From a virus: a DNA stretch of 64,000 bases. This document shows positions 46,408 through 55,495 of this stretch, piece after piece. The position numbers and the translations under genes are program-made. Numbering within the stretch: the first letter of the stretch is position 1; each line of letters begins with the position of its first letter. The stretch spans positions 21,535-85,534 of the IMG/VR virus record IMGVR_UViG_3300033997_000141. One strand, 5' to 3'. Below the pieces are notes generated by a model. It saw only the letters and a list, made by a program, of their open reading frames with translations. It had not been told where the DNA came from and ran no database searches.

Positions 46408-46614
46408 TTACTCCGGTTTAAGGTTCAGTTTCTTGCGGCAGGGCTCGCAGGTCACCTTCGCTTTGTCGCGGGTGACGGTGCAGTGGAAGCTGCCATTGCC
46501 GCAGAGGGGCATGGGGCCTTCGAAGCAGCCGTTGGACTTGTTCTTGGCTCGCATCTCGTCCTGGGTCATGCCGTAATGCACGGCGCCGGGCGCCGAATGT
46601 TCGGGGTGTGGCAT
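46408..46614 (-). CDS. Small putative Zn-binding protein
   Basis: H...LCG...VTCEPC, RBS GGAG. Confidence 0.6.
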   Translation of the reverse strand: MPHPEHSAPGAVHYGMTQDEMRAKNKSNGCFEGPMPLCGNGSFHCTVTRDKAKVTCEPCRKKLNLKPE

Positions 46615-46675
46615 GCTGTATCTCCGGTATTGCGGGGTCATCCCAAAGCACCCGAGTGACCAGGTGCTTCAGTGA

Positions 46676-46894
46676 TCAGTCGCTCAGCGGGTCCGCCTGG
46701 TAGATTTCAGCCGGCGCTTCCGGCCACTCCTCGCGCAGGACATCGAACTCGCCCTCATTCCAGTTCTGGAGGAAGGCGATAGCGTCGTCGTTATCCTTAC
46801 GGGCCAGCTGTAGGGTGTAGGCCACCACGGCATTCCAGCAGGCATCCGCCGCGCGCAGCTCCTCCAGTTCTTCCTGCTCCTCGGTCTTACTCAT
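46676..46894 (-). CDS. Small very acidic protein
   Basis: 72 aa with 19 D/E versus 5 K/R. RBS GAGGAG. Confidence 0.7.
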   Translation of the reverse strand: MSKTEEQEELEELRAADACWNAVVAYTLQLARKDNDDAIAFLQNWNEGEFDVLREEWPEAPAEIYQADPLSD

Positions 46895-47327
46895 CGTCCG
46901 ATTGCTCCTCGATGTAGGTCATTTCCGGCAGGCGCCGGGGGAATCCGTCCCAGAACCCGCTGCCGACGTCGATGCCGGCCGCGCGCTCCAGGTCTCGGGT
47001 CTTGGTGCGGATCGTGTGGCGCGCCTTGTAGGGCTCCTCGAAGTTGGCCCTGAGCATCTGGCCGGCCTTCGCCTTGTCGATCCCCAGGAATGCGGCCACC
47101 GCCAGCACCCCCACCTCACTGGCGTAGGCCACCTGCTGGGAAGCCTCGTCCCAGCCCAGGCCCTGCCGGTGGAAGCGCGGGTCAAAGCGGGCGAACTCCT
47201 TGAACAGGACGTCAACGAACATCTCGCCGGTGACAATGCGCTCTGGGCCATAGGGCCAGACGCCGATGATGGCCTCGTGGGCCAGCATCTCCAGCATCAG
47301 CCAGTGGGTGAGGGTGTTGGTGTTCAT
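46887..47327 (-). CDS. Hypothetical protein
   Basis: Coupled ORF. Confidence 0.65.
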   Translation of the reverse strand: MNTNTLTHWLMLEMLAHEAIIGVWPYGPERIVTGEMFVDVLFKEFARFDPRFHRQGLGWDEASQQVAYASEVGVLAVAAFLGIDKAKAGQMLRANFEEPYKARHTIRTKTRDLERAAGIDVGSGFWDGFPRRLPEMTYIEEQSDDE

Positions 47328-47965
47328 GGCGTCGTGCGCGCCTCCCGGGCCGTGTCAGCCAGGTCGATGTCGCGCAGCTTCTCCCACTGCTTGATCTCGA
47401 CCCAGTCGTCTGGGATGGTGAGTTTCTGCTTGAAGCGGTCGTTGCAGCCGTCACCGGCTGCGTCCGGCCAAGGGATGGTCAGGAAGATGGTCGGCCCCAG
47501 ACTGCCGTCGGCGCGCGGCATGTCAGTGATCAGGCGGAACCCAGCGCTGTGGGCGCCGTTGCCGACCACCACCAACGGACCGTTGCTCAGCCCGTATTCT
47601 CGGCCCAGGTCATCCAGCACAGACCACGGCATGGGGATACGAGTGATAGGCCGCAGTTTCTCGCGCATGGCGTCGTGCGCTTCGGCCCAGTCCTTCACCC
47701 GTGGGCGCGAGCGCAAGACCCAGACATCGGACTTCTTTTCATGCTTCCAGACGTCGGGGTGGAAGGTGTAATCGCTATCGGCCCGAGGCCTGAAGCCAGC
47801 CAGCGTCTTGTAACCACTGAAGCTGGACTGGAAATAGAACGAATCGGATTCCAGCTCCTCTGCGATCTTTCGGGCCTTATCCTCCAGCTGCTCACCTATC
47901 TTGGTCAGCTGCAACGCCCGCTCAATCCACGGGCCACTGTCGATCCTGAAGTAGCGATGTTTCAT
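47324..47965 (-). CDS. Hypothetical protein
   Basis: RBS AGGAG, ends ..W.EIK.WE. Confidence 0.7.
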   Translation of the reverse strand: MKHRYFRIDSGPWIERALQLTKIGEQLEDKARKIAEELESDSFYFQSSFSGYKTLAGFRPRADSDYTFHPDVWKHEKKSDVWVLRSRPRVKDWAEAHDAMREKLRPITRIPMPWSVLDDLGREYGLSNGPLVVVGNGAHSAGFRLITDMPRADGSLGPTIFLTIPWPDAAGDGCNDRFKQKLTIPDDWVEIKQWEKLRDIDLADTAREARTTP

Positions 47966-48006
47966 CCTGTTCTCCTGAAGGGCCGGCGCGCGGCCGGCCC
48001 CGTTGT

Positions 48007-48408
48007 TCAGCCCAGTGCGGCGATGCGCGCTTCGATTTCTTCGCGGGAGAGGCCTTCCAGCGCCTTCTCGTCGTGCTTGGCCAGCAGGCCAAGCAGGCGC
48101 TGCTTCTCCTCCGCGTTGATCTTTTCCTGCGCCTGCGCCTTGGCCGCCTGCTGCTTGGTCTCGATCACGTCCTTGACGACGTCGAGCTTCAGCTGGGCGA
48201 CAGCTTGCTTGCTGTTGGGCTGGCGCTCAACGAAGCTCTCCTCGGCCAGCTCCTTCAGCTCGCGATTGGCGGTCTTGGCCACGGTGTCGAGGTCGAAGCC
48301 GTTCTTGGAGATCAGCGGCAGATCGAACAGGTCCTGGACCATGAGGGCGCCACGGGTGGAGGCGAACTGGATTTTGTGCATCGCTGCGGCTTTGTAGAGG
48401 TCGGTCAT
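48007..48408 (-). CDS. Conserved helical phage protein (putative partner of the 689-aa protein)
   Basis: F.S.RG.L.V.DL.DLPL....LD..AK......EESFV motif and coiled-coil C-terminus. Confidence 0.8.
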   Translation of the reverse strand: MTDLYKAAAMHKIQFASTRGALMVQDLFDLPLISKNGFDLDTVAKTANRELKELAEESFVERQPNSKQAVAQLKLDVVKDVIETKQQAAKAQAQEKINAEEKQRLLGLLAKHDEKALEGLSREEIEARIAALG

Positions 48409-48623
48409 GATGTTTCTCCTTCGTCGTCATAAAGGCCGTCGGTTTCTTTCATCCAATCGGCGTAGTGAACTTCAAGGCCCAGGGCCTCGCTGATACGCCG
48501 GTGAAGGCGCGTCGTGTCGTCCCAGGGTTTGTCGGTGATGTGCTCACGGGCCTCGGTGAGCAGGCCCTCCAGCTGCCTGAGACGCTGCTGGAGGGCCAGG
48601 ATGTGGGCCTCAGAACTGGACAT
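48405..48623 (-). CDS. Hypothetical protein
   Basis: Fills the gap and overlaps both neighbours. Confidence 0.5.
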   Translation of the reverse strand: MSSSEAHILALQQRLRQLEGLLTEAREHITDKPWDDTTRLHRRISEALGLEVHYADWMKETDGLYDDEGETS

Positions 48624-50679
48624 TGAACACGCGGCGGGCCTTGAGGCCGTCAACCCGCACCGTCACCTGGTCGCCCCGGCCGGAGGTGAAGCCAGCCCCG
48701 CTCAGCTGCTCGTCGGCCACCGGGCACATGGTCTTGCTGCCCAGGATCTCCAGCACCTTGCCGTGCGGCGCCAACTCGCTGCGCAGGAACTCGTTGTAGA
48801 TGCCACGGCACGGCTCCGGGTTCTTGCAGCCTTTGAGGATGAAGAAGTGATGGCGCAGGCCAGAGGCATTGCCGTCCCAGTGGTTGGGGCTGTACAGCAG
48901 CGTCTCGACGGGGACGAACACCTCGCTCTTGATACCCCAGACCTCGTTGGCCAGGCCGCCGCCGACCAGATCCTTGGATGCGGTCAACTCGATGATCTTG
49001 CCGCCCTTGATGACCATCTGCAGGCAGCTGACCATACCCACGACCCGCTTGCTGTAGCTGTACTGGGTCACCACGCCGTTGTTCTCGACCTCGATGACGA
49101 AGCCGACCTTGTCGGTGTTGCGGCAAGCGAACTGGTTGACCAGGATCTCGTAGCGGCCGTCTTTCGGGTTGCTCCAACTCAGGTTCTCCACCGGGTCCAC
49201 CGAGTTCTTAGCGCAACCTGCGTTCATGTCCACATCGAGGATGCGGTGAGGGGTGCGGCCAATTACAGCGCCCCTAGGTTGGCCAAAGTACACATGGCCG
49301 TCCGGGCACTTGGCGTGAATGTCCAGGTCATCACCGTTGAACCAGGCCAGGCTGACACGCAGCGCTGCGCCGGTGTTGCCGCCAGCACGCTTCACCTTCT
49401 CCTTGATGGAGTCGGTGATGTTGCCGTTGTACGACCAGGCGAAGTTGTTGTCCCACGGGAACAACGGCTGCACGTCGGCGGATACCGGCGCGGTGAGGCT
49501 CATCAGGTTGCCCTGCTGGGTGTTGCGCAGCAGCAGCTCCATGGACAGGGCATTCGGCACCACTTCGGTGAGGAAGTCGCTGAAGCTGATGTCAGTGGCC
49601 TGCAGGTCACCCTTGTGCTGGGTCACCGGTACGTCCGCCAGCAGGCCGGCGAGGCCGCCCTTCATGCGCTGCGCCGCGCTGCGGTCAGCCCACACCACGT
49701 TGTTCACGGTGATGTCGCTGATCTTGGCGTGGCGGCGGTTCATGGCCGGTTCCAGGTTCAGCTCCTCAACGGTGGCCAGGGCCTTGTCGATCATGGCCTG
49801 GGTGACCAGCTTCTTGGGCCGCTTATAGTTGGTGCCCGAGACCTTGTCCTCGAAGGACTGCACGGCGCGTTCCAGCGGCACCGCCTCGGACAGGTCCACC
49901 AGCAGGGTGCCGATCGCGGTGTTGCGGATACGCGCCGCCGGCCGGTAGGCGGAGGTCCACAGGAATACCTCGCGCTCCTGCACCGTGGCCAGGCCTTCGC
50001 GGGTCCGCGCCAGTTGCTGGAACTGGTCCACGACCTCGCGGTACTGCTCGCCGCGGTACAGGTTGTTGTCGTCGATCAGGGCCAGCACCGTGGCCACGGC
50101 ATCGGGGCTGATGCCCGGCAGGTTATGGCCGGTGCCGGAGTCACGAGCCAGGCCCAGGGCGCGCTTGAGCATCTGCACGCTGGTGTTGAACTCGCCGATG
50201 GTGGCGTCCGGGGTGTCGCTCAGGAACTTGGCCGGCACCCGGGCATGGAAGTGGTTCCAAACCAGCGGCGAGCCGCCGGTCACCGCCTCGTAGGTGGTGT
50301 CGGTACCGAACTGCACCAGCTTCGGCGTGGTGCGGTACAGGCTGTGGATCGGCAGCGGGTGCTTGGTGATCAGCTCATCCAGAGTGGCTGCCACGGTGCG
50401 GTACGGCTCGGGCAGCTCCTGCCAGTCGCCCCACACGCTCTGGACCTGGCCGTTGATCACGCCCACCACCCCGCCGATGTTGCGGACGAAGTGGCGGCAG
50501 CACGAGCAGTCGTGCTCGGTGCGCTCACGGAAGATGGGGTTGGTGCCTTCCGGGAAGGCCGCCAGATAGGCCTCCCACAGGGCATCGCCGTGCAGGTGGG
50601 AGAGGAACAGCTCGTGGTCGGCCGCCAGCTCGTTGAAGCGAGCGTGTACGGCCTGGGAGAACAGGGTGAAATCGGTCAT
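48610..50679 (-). CDS. Large conserved phage protein with N-terminal HDCSCC motif and YfaP/DUF2135-like domain
   Basis: LW..YL..FP.....FRER.EHDCSCCR.F; LRVSLAW...DDLDIH...P....LDVDMN....PVEN..W......Y.I.V. Confidence 0.85.
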   Translation of the reverse strand: MTDFTLFSQAVHARFNELAADHELFLSHLHGDALWEAYLAAFPEGTNPIFRERTEHDCSCCRHFVRNIGGVVGVINGQVQSVWGDWQELPEPYRTVAATLDELITKHPLPIHSLYRTTPKLVQFGTDTTYEAVTGGSPLVWNHFHARVPAKFLSDTPDATIGEFNTSVQMLKRALGLARDSGTGHNLPGISPDAVATVLALIDDNNLYRGEQYREVVDQFQQLARTREGLATVQEREVFLWTSAYRPAARIRNTAIGTLLVDLSEAVPLERAVQSFEDKVSGTNYKRPKKLVTQAMIDKALATVEELNLEPAMNRRHAKISDITVNNVVWADRSAAQRMKGGLAGLLADVPVTQHKGDLQATDISFSDFLTEVVPNALSMELLLRNTQQGNLMSLTAPVSADVQPLFPWDNNFAWSYNGNITDSIKEKVKRAGGNTGAALRVSLAWFNGDDLDIHAKCPDGHVYFGQPRGAVIGRTPHRILDVDMNAGCAKNSVDPVENLSWSNPKDGRYEILVNQFACRNTDKVGFVIEVENNGVVTQYSYSKRVVGMVSCLQMVIKGGKIIELTASKDLVGGGLANEVWGIKSEVFVPVETLLYSPNHWDGNASGLRHHFFILKGCKNPEPCRGIYNEFLRSELAPHGKVLEILGSKTMCPVADEQLSGAGFTSGRGDQVTVRVDGLKARRVFNVQF

Positions 50680-51233
50680 AGCTTTTCGTCCTTTGGGTTG
50701 GTTGCTTCTTTCAATTGTTCGAAGAGGTCAGGGCTGACGATCATGCTCTGGCGGGGCAGGTGGTCACCCTTAGTCACCGTGATTCCGCCCCCGACACTCC
50801 GGTTCAGGGGTATCTGGTGCCCTTTGCACAGGTTCGCCCACTCTTTGATCTGTTCAGTGGTCGGCACGGGAGGGCGATTTTCCGCGTGATTCTGCGCTGT
50901 TTCGCGGACATTGGCCATAGCCCTGGTCAGGTCAGCGTTCACGGCATCGTCGATCACCCGGTCATACAACGGCATTCGCAGGCTCGTCAGTGGCAGTGAT
51001 ACCCGCCCAGTCACGCTGCCGAAGATCGAGGTGGGGTCTACCTCCGGCCAACTCATGCCCCGTGCCTTGTGGAACACCACGTCTTCGGCCAGCAGCTTGC
51101 CGTTGCCCTCTGCCCGGTGGATCTCCACCGCGCGGCGGAAGATCGACATGACCCGCCGGTGGAAGAACTTGGGCACCAGGCGGGACATGCGGCGGTAGAA
51201 GATGCCTTCCAGGCTGTCGTCGCGCTCAGTCAT
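50676..51233 (-). CDS. Hypothetical protein
   Basis: Start at MTERDD after GGAG. Confidence 0.55.
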   Translation of the reverse strand: MTERDDSLEGIFYRRMSRLVPKFFHRRVMSIFRRAVEIHRAEGNGKLLAEDVVFHKARGMSWPEVDPTSIFGSVTGRVSLPLTSLRMPLYDRVIDDAVNADLTRAMANVRETAQNHAENRPPVPTTEQIKEWANLCKGHQIPLNRSVGGGITVTKGDHLPRQSMIVSPDLFEQLKEATNPKDEKL

Positions 51234-51492
51234 GGCCTGGCTCCGCCGATGGCCACTGGGAGGGTGCCAAAGCATTGGCTGCCAGACGCTCCTGAGCCTC
51301 CAGGTACAGGCCGCGCAGTACCCGATCACGCAGCTGTTGTGCCTCGATCAGCGTGTGACCGTGGCACTCGATGCGATCCCACCACCAGTCACCCTCGGCC
51401 ATATCAGGTGTGGCCACGTTGATGCCTGCGCTGGCCTCGTGGCCTTCTGCTGGCGGCCAGTCGCCGCCCTGCTCATACTTGATGATTCCCAT
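51226..51492 (-). CDS. Hypothetical protein
   Basis: RBS AGGAG before MGIIKY. Confidence 0.6.
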   Translation of the reverse strand: MGIIKYEQGGDWPPAEGHEASAGINVATPDMAEGDWWWDRIECHGHTLIEAQQLRDRVLRGLYLEAQERLAANALAPSQWPSAEPGHD

Positions 51493-51546
51493 GTCGCGCT
51501 CCTGTTGCGATGTCAAGCATGGGCTCGGCAACACCGAGCCCATGGT

Positions 51547-52137
51547 TCACGCCGCTACCGGTTGTGGTAGGGACTGCTTGGCGTAGTGGCCGATCAGGCC
51601 GGCGGTGATCATGCAGCCTCCCACGATGGCCAGCACCACGATCAGCAACATCAACGCCGCCATCTTGGCCTTGGCGTCATCGCTGTCGCCGCCCTTGAAC
51701 AACTCGCCCAAGTCGCCGAAAGCCCGCGGCACGTCGCTGGCTGCGTTGAACATGTTGTAGCCCTGGGCGAAGCTGTTCCACGCCGCCACACCGATGTCGC
51801 CGATCTGGCGTGTACGCCAGGCCTCACGCAGGCTGTGGATGGTGATGATCAGGCCGCTGCCCAGCGCCGGGATGATGACCAGCAGGTACCACAGGCTCAT
51901 CGCGCCGTTGAAGTGCTGCTTATCCAGGTAGCCGCCGGAGTACGCCCCGAAGGCCAGCAGCATGATCAGGATCGAGCTGAAGCCGATCGCTGCCTGGATA
52001 GCGCCACACCACACCAGCACCCGCATGTAGCCGCCGAGCTTCTTCGACTCGATCCAGACTGAGCCGGCCACCTTGCAGTTCCACCAGCTGATGAAACCGT
52101 TTAGGGCCAGCAGGCCCATGACAAACAGCATTTCCAT
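51547..52137 (-). CDS. Multi-pass membrane protein (about 4 TM)
   Basis: Four hydrophobic segments, RBS AAGGAG. Confidence 0.8.
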   Translation of the reverse strand: MEMLFVMGLLALNGFISWWNCKVAGSVWIESKKLGGYMRVLVWCGAIQAAIGFSSILIMLLAFGAYSGGYLDKQHFNGAMSLWYLLVIIPALGSGLIITIHSLREAWRTRQIGDIGVAAWNSFAQGYNMFNAASDVPRAFGDLGELFKGGDSDDAKAKMAALMLLIVVLAIVGGCMITAGLIGHYAKQSLPQPVAA

Positions 52138-52181
52138 GTGTTGCTCCTTGAAATGCCCGGGGACCGCCCGGGCGGCGGGGT

Positions 52182-52754
52182 TTAACGGATCTCGAACGGG
52201 CTTTCGTGCCCGAGGAGGTGGAAGTCAACCGCTGGTGGTGAATCAAGGCCACCGTCTTCCTGCAGCCTGGCCCAGGCCTGGTTGAGGTCGTCGGCGCGTA
52301 CCACATCGAGACTGCCCTTGGTGCCGATTGCCGCGTAGTAACGGGCGCCGTCTTCGCCGATCACTGGCCTTGCCGTGCGGATGCGGTGCACCGTCGGTGC
52401 CTCCTCCAGGCCCTGGACGTCACAGTCACCGTTTTTCAGGTCATCGCAGAGGGCCTTGGCCAGGGTTATGGCGATGGCAACGTCGTGCATGTCAGGGTCC
52501 ATCTGCCCCACCGCCGAGTGCATCTCCCGCTGCATCTGGCGGATGGCCGTGTTCTTGTTCAGCTTCTCGCCATAGGCCTCCAACACGCTTCCGTCTTCAG
52601 CGGCCTCGCGGTAAAGCGTGATGATGCTGGTGGAGCCCACCGACATCATGGCGTAGCTGCCCGCTGGCGGCTCGGGCAGTTCATAGATGCGCTGCAGGGC
52701 TGCTTTGGCATTCTGCGGCGCCAAGTGGCTGATGAGCGTGATCTGGTATTCCAT
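52182..52754 (-). CDS. Hypothetical protein
   Basis: TAATG-coupled. Confidence 0.65.
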   Translation of the reverse strand: MEYQITLISHLAPQNAKAALQRIYELPEPPAGSYAMMSVGSTSIITLYREAAEDGSVLEAYGEKLNKNTAIRQMQREMHSAVGQMDPDMHDVAIAITLAKALCDDLKNGDCDVQGLEEAPTVHRIRTARPVIGEDGARYYAAIGTKGSLDVVRADDLNQAWARLQEDGGLDSPPAVDFHLLGHESPFEIR

Positions 52755-52948
52755 TACGGCCTCCCGTCATCGTTGAGCTCTCGGCGAGCGTGGGTGTAGC
52801 TGCTATAGCCCATGTTCCGAGCTGCGGTTTCCAGCGCCTCACCGTGCTTGCAGCCGAACTCGCGCTTGATGCGCTTGGCCATTTTCTTCAGGCCGTCCAG
52901 GGTGGAAGGCAGCGTCTCCACCTGGTTGCCGGTGTTGTTGTCTTTCAT
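52754..52948 (-). CDS. Small helical protein, DUF5623-N / glyoxalase-superfamily-like
   Basis: PSTLDGLKK.AKRIKR..G.KH.EALE.AAR..GY..Y.HAR. Confidence 0.65.
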   Translation of the reverse strand: MKDNNTGNQVETLPSTLDGLKKMAKRIKREFGCKHGEALETAARNMGYSSYTHARRELNDDGRP

Positions 52949-52956
52949 GGTGGCTC

Positions 52957-53199
52957 CTATGGCTCACACTTGGCGTGGTAGACCGGTTCGTTCCTCCACG
53001 CATCGGCTTTCACCTTCAGCTCGTCCATGATCTCCCGGCGGGATTTCACTTGGCCTTCGGCGTTGGTGTTGAACGGGTTGATGGTCTGCATGAACTTCTC
53101 GCCGCTCTTGCGAGTGGCGGCCTTGCCGCAGACCGGACAAGTCCCCTTCTTGGTCGCCGGGTAGACGACCTTCTGGAAGTGGATGGTTTCGCGGTACAC
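52957..53199 (-). CDS. Small Zn-binding protein
   Basis: CPVC...F.QT.NPFN...HAKC, GTG start after GGAGG. Confidence 0.6.
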   Translation of the reverse strand: MYRETIHFQKVVYPATKKGTCPVCGKAATRKSGEKFMQTINPFNTNAEGQVKSRREIMDELKVKADAWRNEPVYHAKCEP

Positions 53200-53200
53200 G

Positions 53201-53641
53201 TCAAACCTCCTGGCCAGCGTGTAGCTTGGCCTCGAACAGAAGCATTTCATTGGTCATGGCCTGCCAGTGGGCTTCGATCCACTCCAGGCTGACGACGAAC
53301 CCCTGGGCCCTGGCTTCCACCAGGGTCTGGCGTGGGTAGAAGCCCCGCGACCACCCGTCCCAGAGGATTGCTTGCAGGCCTACGCCGGGGCGGTAGACCT
53401 TTTCGGGTTTCTCGCGCCACACCCCCTTCACCTTGTCAGGGCCGAGGATCGACTCGATGGTCTCCTTCACCTCGTCCACGCTGCTCATGCCCCGGTGTTC
53501 CCACACGTCCGGGGTGCCTGGTACGCGCCGGAAGCCCTTGGCCTCCAGCTGCTTTATGTGCTCGGCCATCATGCAGCCGACCCGTAGGGACTGGGTGAGA
53601 CTGGACTGCCAAGTGCTCTTGGTTGCGTTGATCATGCTCAC
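53201..53641 (-). CDS. Hypothetical protein
   Basis: Coupled ORF. Confidence 0.6.
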   Translation of the reverse strand: MSMINATKSTWQSSLTQSLRVGCMMAEHIKQLEAKGFRRVPGTPDVWEHRGMSSVDEVKETIESILGPDKVKGVWREKPEKVYRPGVGLQAILWDGWSRGFYPRQTLVEARAQGFVVSLEWIEAHWQAMTNEMLLFEAKLHAGQEV

Positions 53642-54069
53642 TCCAGGTAGATCAGGTTGTCGTCGCCCAGGTAGGGGTGGATCTCGCCGGGCGCCTTGCT
53701 CGCCTTCGTCAGGCGATCGCCCAGACCACCTTCCTTCAACTCCGGCCGGTCCCAGAACCCCGTGCCGTGGCCGTTGCGGGTCAGGGCAAAGTCATGGCCG
53801 GCGAAGTCGTAGCCGGTGTCGGCACCATCGCCACGGGACAGGTCGTAACGCTGCGCGGCCTCGTCGATATCGGCCTCGTGCACCTGGTAGAAGGCCTCGC
53901 AATCGGCTTGGCACTTCGCCTCAGCCTCCTCGCTGGCATCGTACTGGTCGAGGTTTACCACCTCCTCCTGGCCGCTGTCGCTGCGGTCAGAAGGGATGCA
54001 GTCGGTGCTGGACCACCAGAGCGCAGCCATGTAGCCGCGCAGGAACTCGTCAAACGGGGTCGTCTTCAT
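53638..54069 (-). CDS. Conserved acidic phage protein
   Basis: Y..A..WSS...DC..F....AGHDF.LTRNGHG.GFWDR motif, RBS AAGGAGG. Confidence 0.8.
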   Translation of the reverse strand: MKTTPFDEFLRGYMAALWWSSTDCIPSDRSDSGQEEVVNLDQYDASEEAEAKCQADCEAFYQVHEADIDEAAQRYDLSRGDGADTGYDFAGHDFALTRNGHGTGFWDRPELKEGGLGDRLTKASKAPGEIHPYLGDDNLIYLE

Positions 54070-54328
54070 CCGGTGCCTCCTTGTAGCGGGTGACCTTGGT
54101 GAGCGGCCTGGCCAGTTCTCCCTCGAAGATGGCCAGGCCGCCCTGTTGGGTCAGGCCCTGGTTGCTCATGTTCTTTTCGCCGCGGAACGACGAACCGACC
54201 GAGGCTTGGAGAGCCTGTATCGCTTGCCCTTCCTCACCGACGAAAATCACCGATTCACCGAGGAGGAGGTTGACCATCTGGTACTTTCGGCTACCAGGCT
54301 TCAAGCCTCTCGGCCTACCCTTTCGCAT
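54050..54328 (-). CDS. Hypothetical protein, basic N-terminus
   Basis: RBS GGAGG. Confidence 0.6.
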   Translation of the reverse strand: MRKGRPRGLKPGSRKYQMVNLLLGESVIFVGEEGQAIQALQASVGSSFRGEKNMSNQGLTQQGGLAIFEGELARPLTKVTRYKEAPDEDDPV

Positions 54329-54509
54329 TCTCGTCCTCCTTCTTGGTCATCCCTGCCTTCACCAGGTTCGCCACGTCCTGGGCGATGCGGTAGTTTTCGA
54401 ACTCCAGGCGGTGCAGCGGCTCGTAGCCGGCTAACCCCGCGTCCTGGTGGACGTGGAGGATGTAGCGCGGCTTGGTGCCGGTGACGAACGCGTGTTTAAC
54501 CTTGCTCAC
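54315..54509 (-). CDS. Hypothetical protein
   Basis: GTG start after GAGGAG. Confidence 0.55.
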   Translation of the reverse strand: MSKVKHAFVTGTKPRYILHVHQDAGLAGYEPLHRLEFENYRIAQDVANLVKAGMTKKEDENAKG

Positions 54510-54724
54510 AAAATCTCCTCGCCCCGGTAAACGCGGGCCAGCCTCAGTGCCTCGCTGTGCTGGGCGAAGCCGTCCGGGCAATGTTTGTTGATGAAGGCCT
54601 CCGGCAGATCCACCCGGCACGGGTGATCCGTGTTGTGGCCGCGGCTGGTCCACACCTGGGGGAACCAGCGCACACCCAGGTCCGACGATACAAACCGCCG
54701 GACCGCGCTGACTTGGCAGGCCAT
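54506..54724 (-). CDS. Hypothetical protein
   Basis: Fits the operon packing. Confidence 0.55.
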   Translation of the reverse strand: MACQVSAVRRFVSSDLGVRWFPQVWTSRGHNTDHPCRVDLPEAFINKHCPDGFAQHSEALRLARVYRGEEIL

Positions 54725-54725
54725 A

Positions 54726-55487
54726 TCAGGTCTCCGTCAACCAGCCCTTGAGCTTCAGCCACTCGCGGGCTTCACGCTCACGCAGGGATGCCACGGCTTG
54801 GCTCAGGGCGGGCTTGAACATGTTGTTCAGCAGTTCAACAGCCTTGTCGCGGTCCGTACGCAGGCCGTTGGTCCGCACCTCCTGGCTATTTTCGAACGTC
54901 TCCTTGTCCAACCCCTCAATGCGCTGGGCCTGCTCACGCAGACGCTTCAGTGCCAAGGCCAGCACTTCGGCTCGGCTGATAGCCTGCTCGGTCAGGTAGG
55001 AGCTGAGCTGTTCGAACTGCACCCGTTCGGCGTCTCCCGAGGGTTGTGGGCTATGGGCCTGCTTTAGCAGCATCAACGCCACCTTCAGGCTGCGCTCGCC
55101 CCACAGCTCGGGGGCGAGTTTCTGCTCGGACAGGAACATGGTGATGGCGCGGATCTCTCCGGCCAGGCTGTCCAAGTGCTGGCGAGCATAGGCATCGGGG
55201 CCTTCGCCATAGCTGACCTTGGCCAGCTTGGGAGTAAGGCCCTCCACAGCCTTTACCCAGATGTCCATGCCCGCCCCTACGCCGGCCAGTGCCTGCTGCA
55301 GTTCTTGCCGGCTAGGTCGGCCTTTCAGGACCGTATCCACGTTGCGGAGCATGTCCGCAAGGCGCTTCAGTTTCAGGACCACAAAGCCGCTGTCATCGTT
55401 GCCACGCACCGCCGGTAGGTGGAAGCCCACCACATGGTCAATGCGCTCCAGCCACTCGGCTGGAAAGGTCAGGGTGATGTTGTTCAT
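54726..55487 (-). CDS. Hypothetical helical protein
   Basis: RBS AGGAG. Confidence 0.65.
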   Translation of the reverse strand: MNNITLTFPAEWLERIDHVVGFHLPAVRGNDDSGFVVLKLKRLADMLRNVDTVLKGRPSRQELQQALAGVGAGMDIWVKAVEGLTPKLAKVSYGEGPDAYARQHLDSLAGEIRAITMFLSEQKLAPELWGERSLKVALMLLKQAHSPQPSGDAERVQFEQLSSYLTEQAISRAEVLALALKRLREQAQRIEGLDKETFENSQEVRTNGLRTDRDKAVELLNNMFKPALSQAVASLREREAREWLKLKGWLTET

Positions 55488-55495
55488 GTTCGCTC

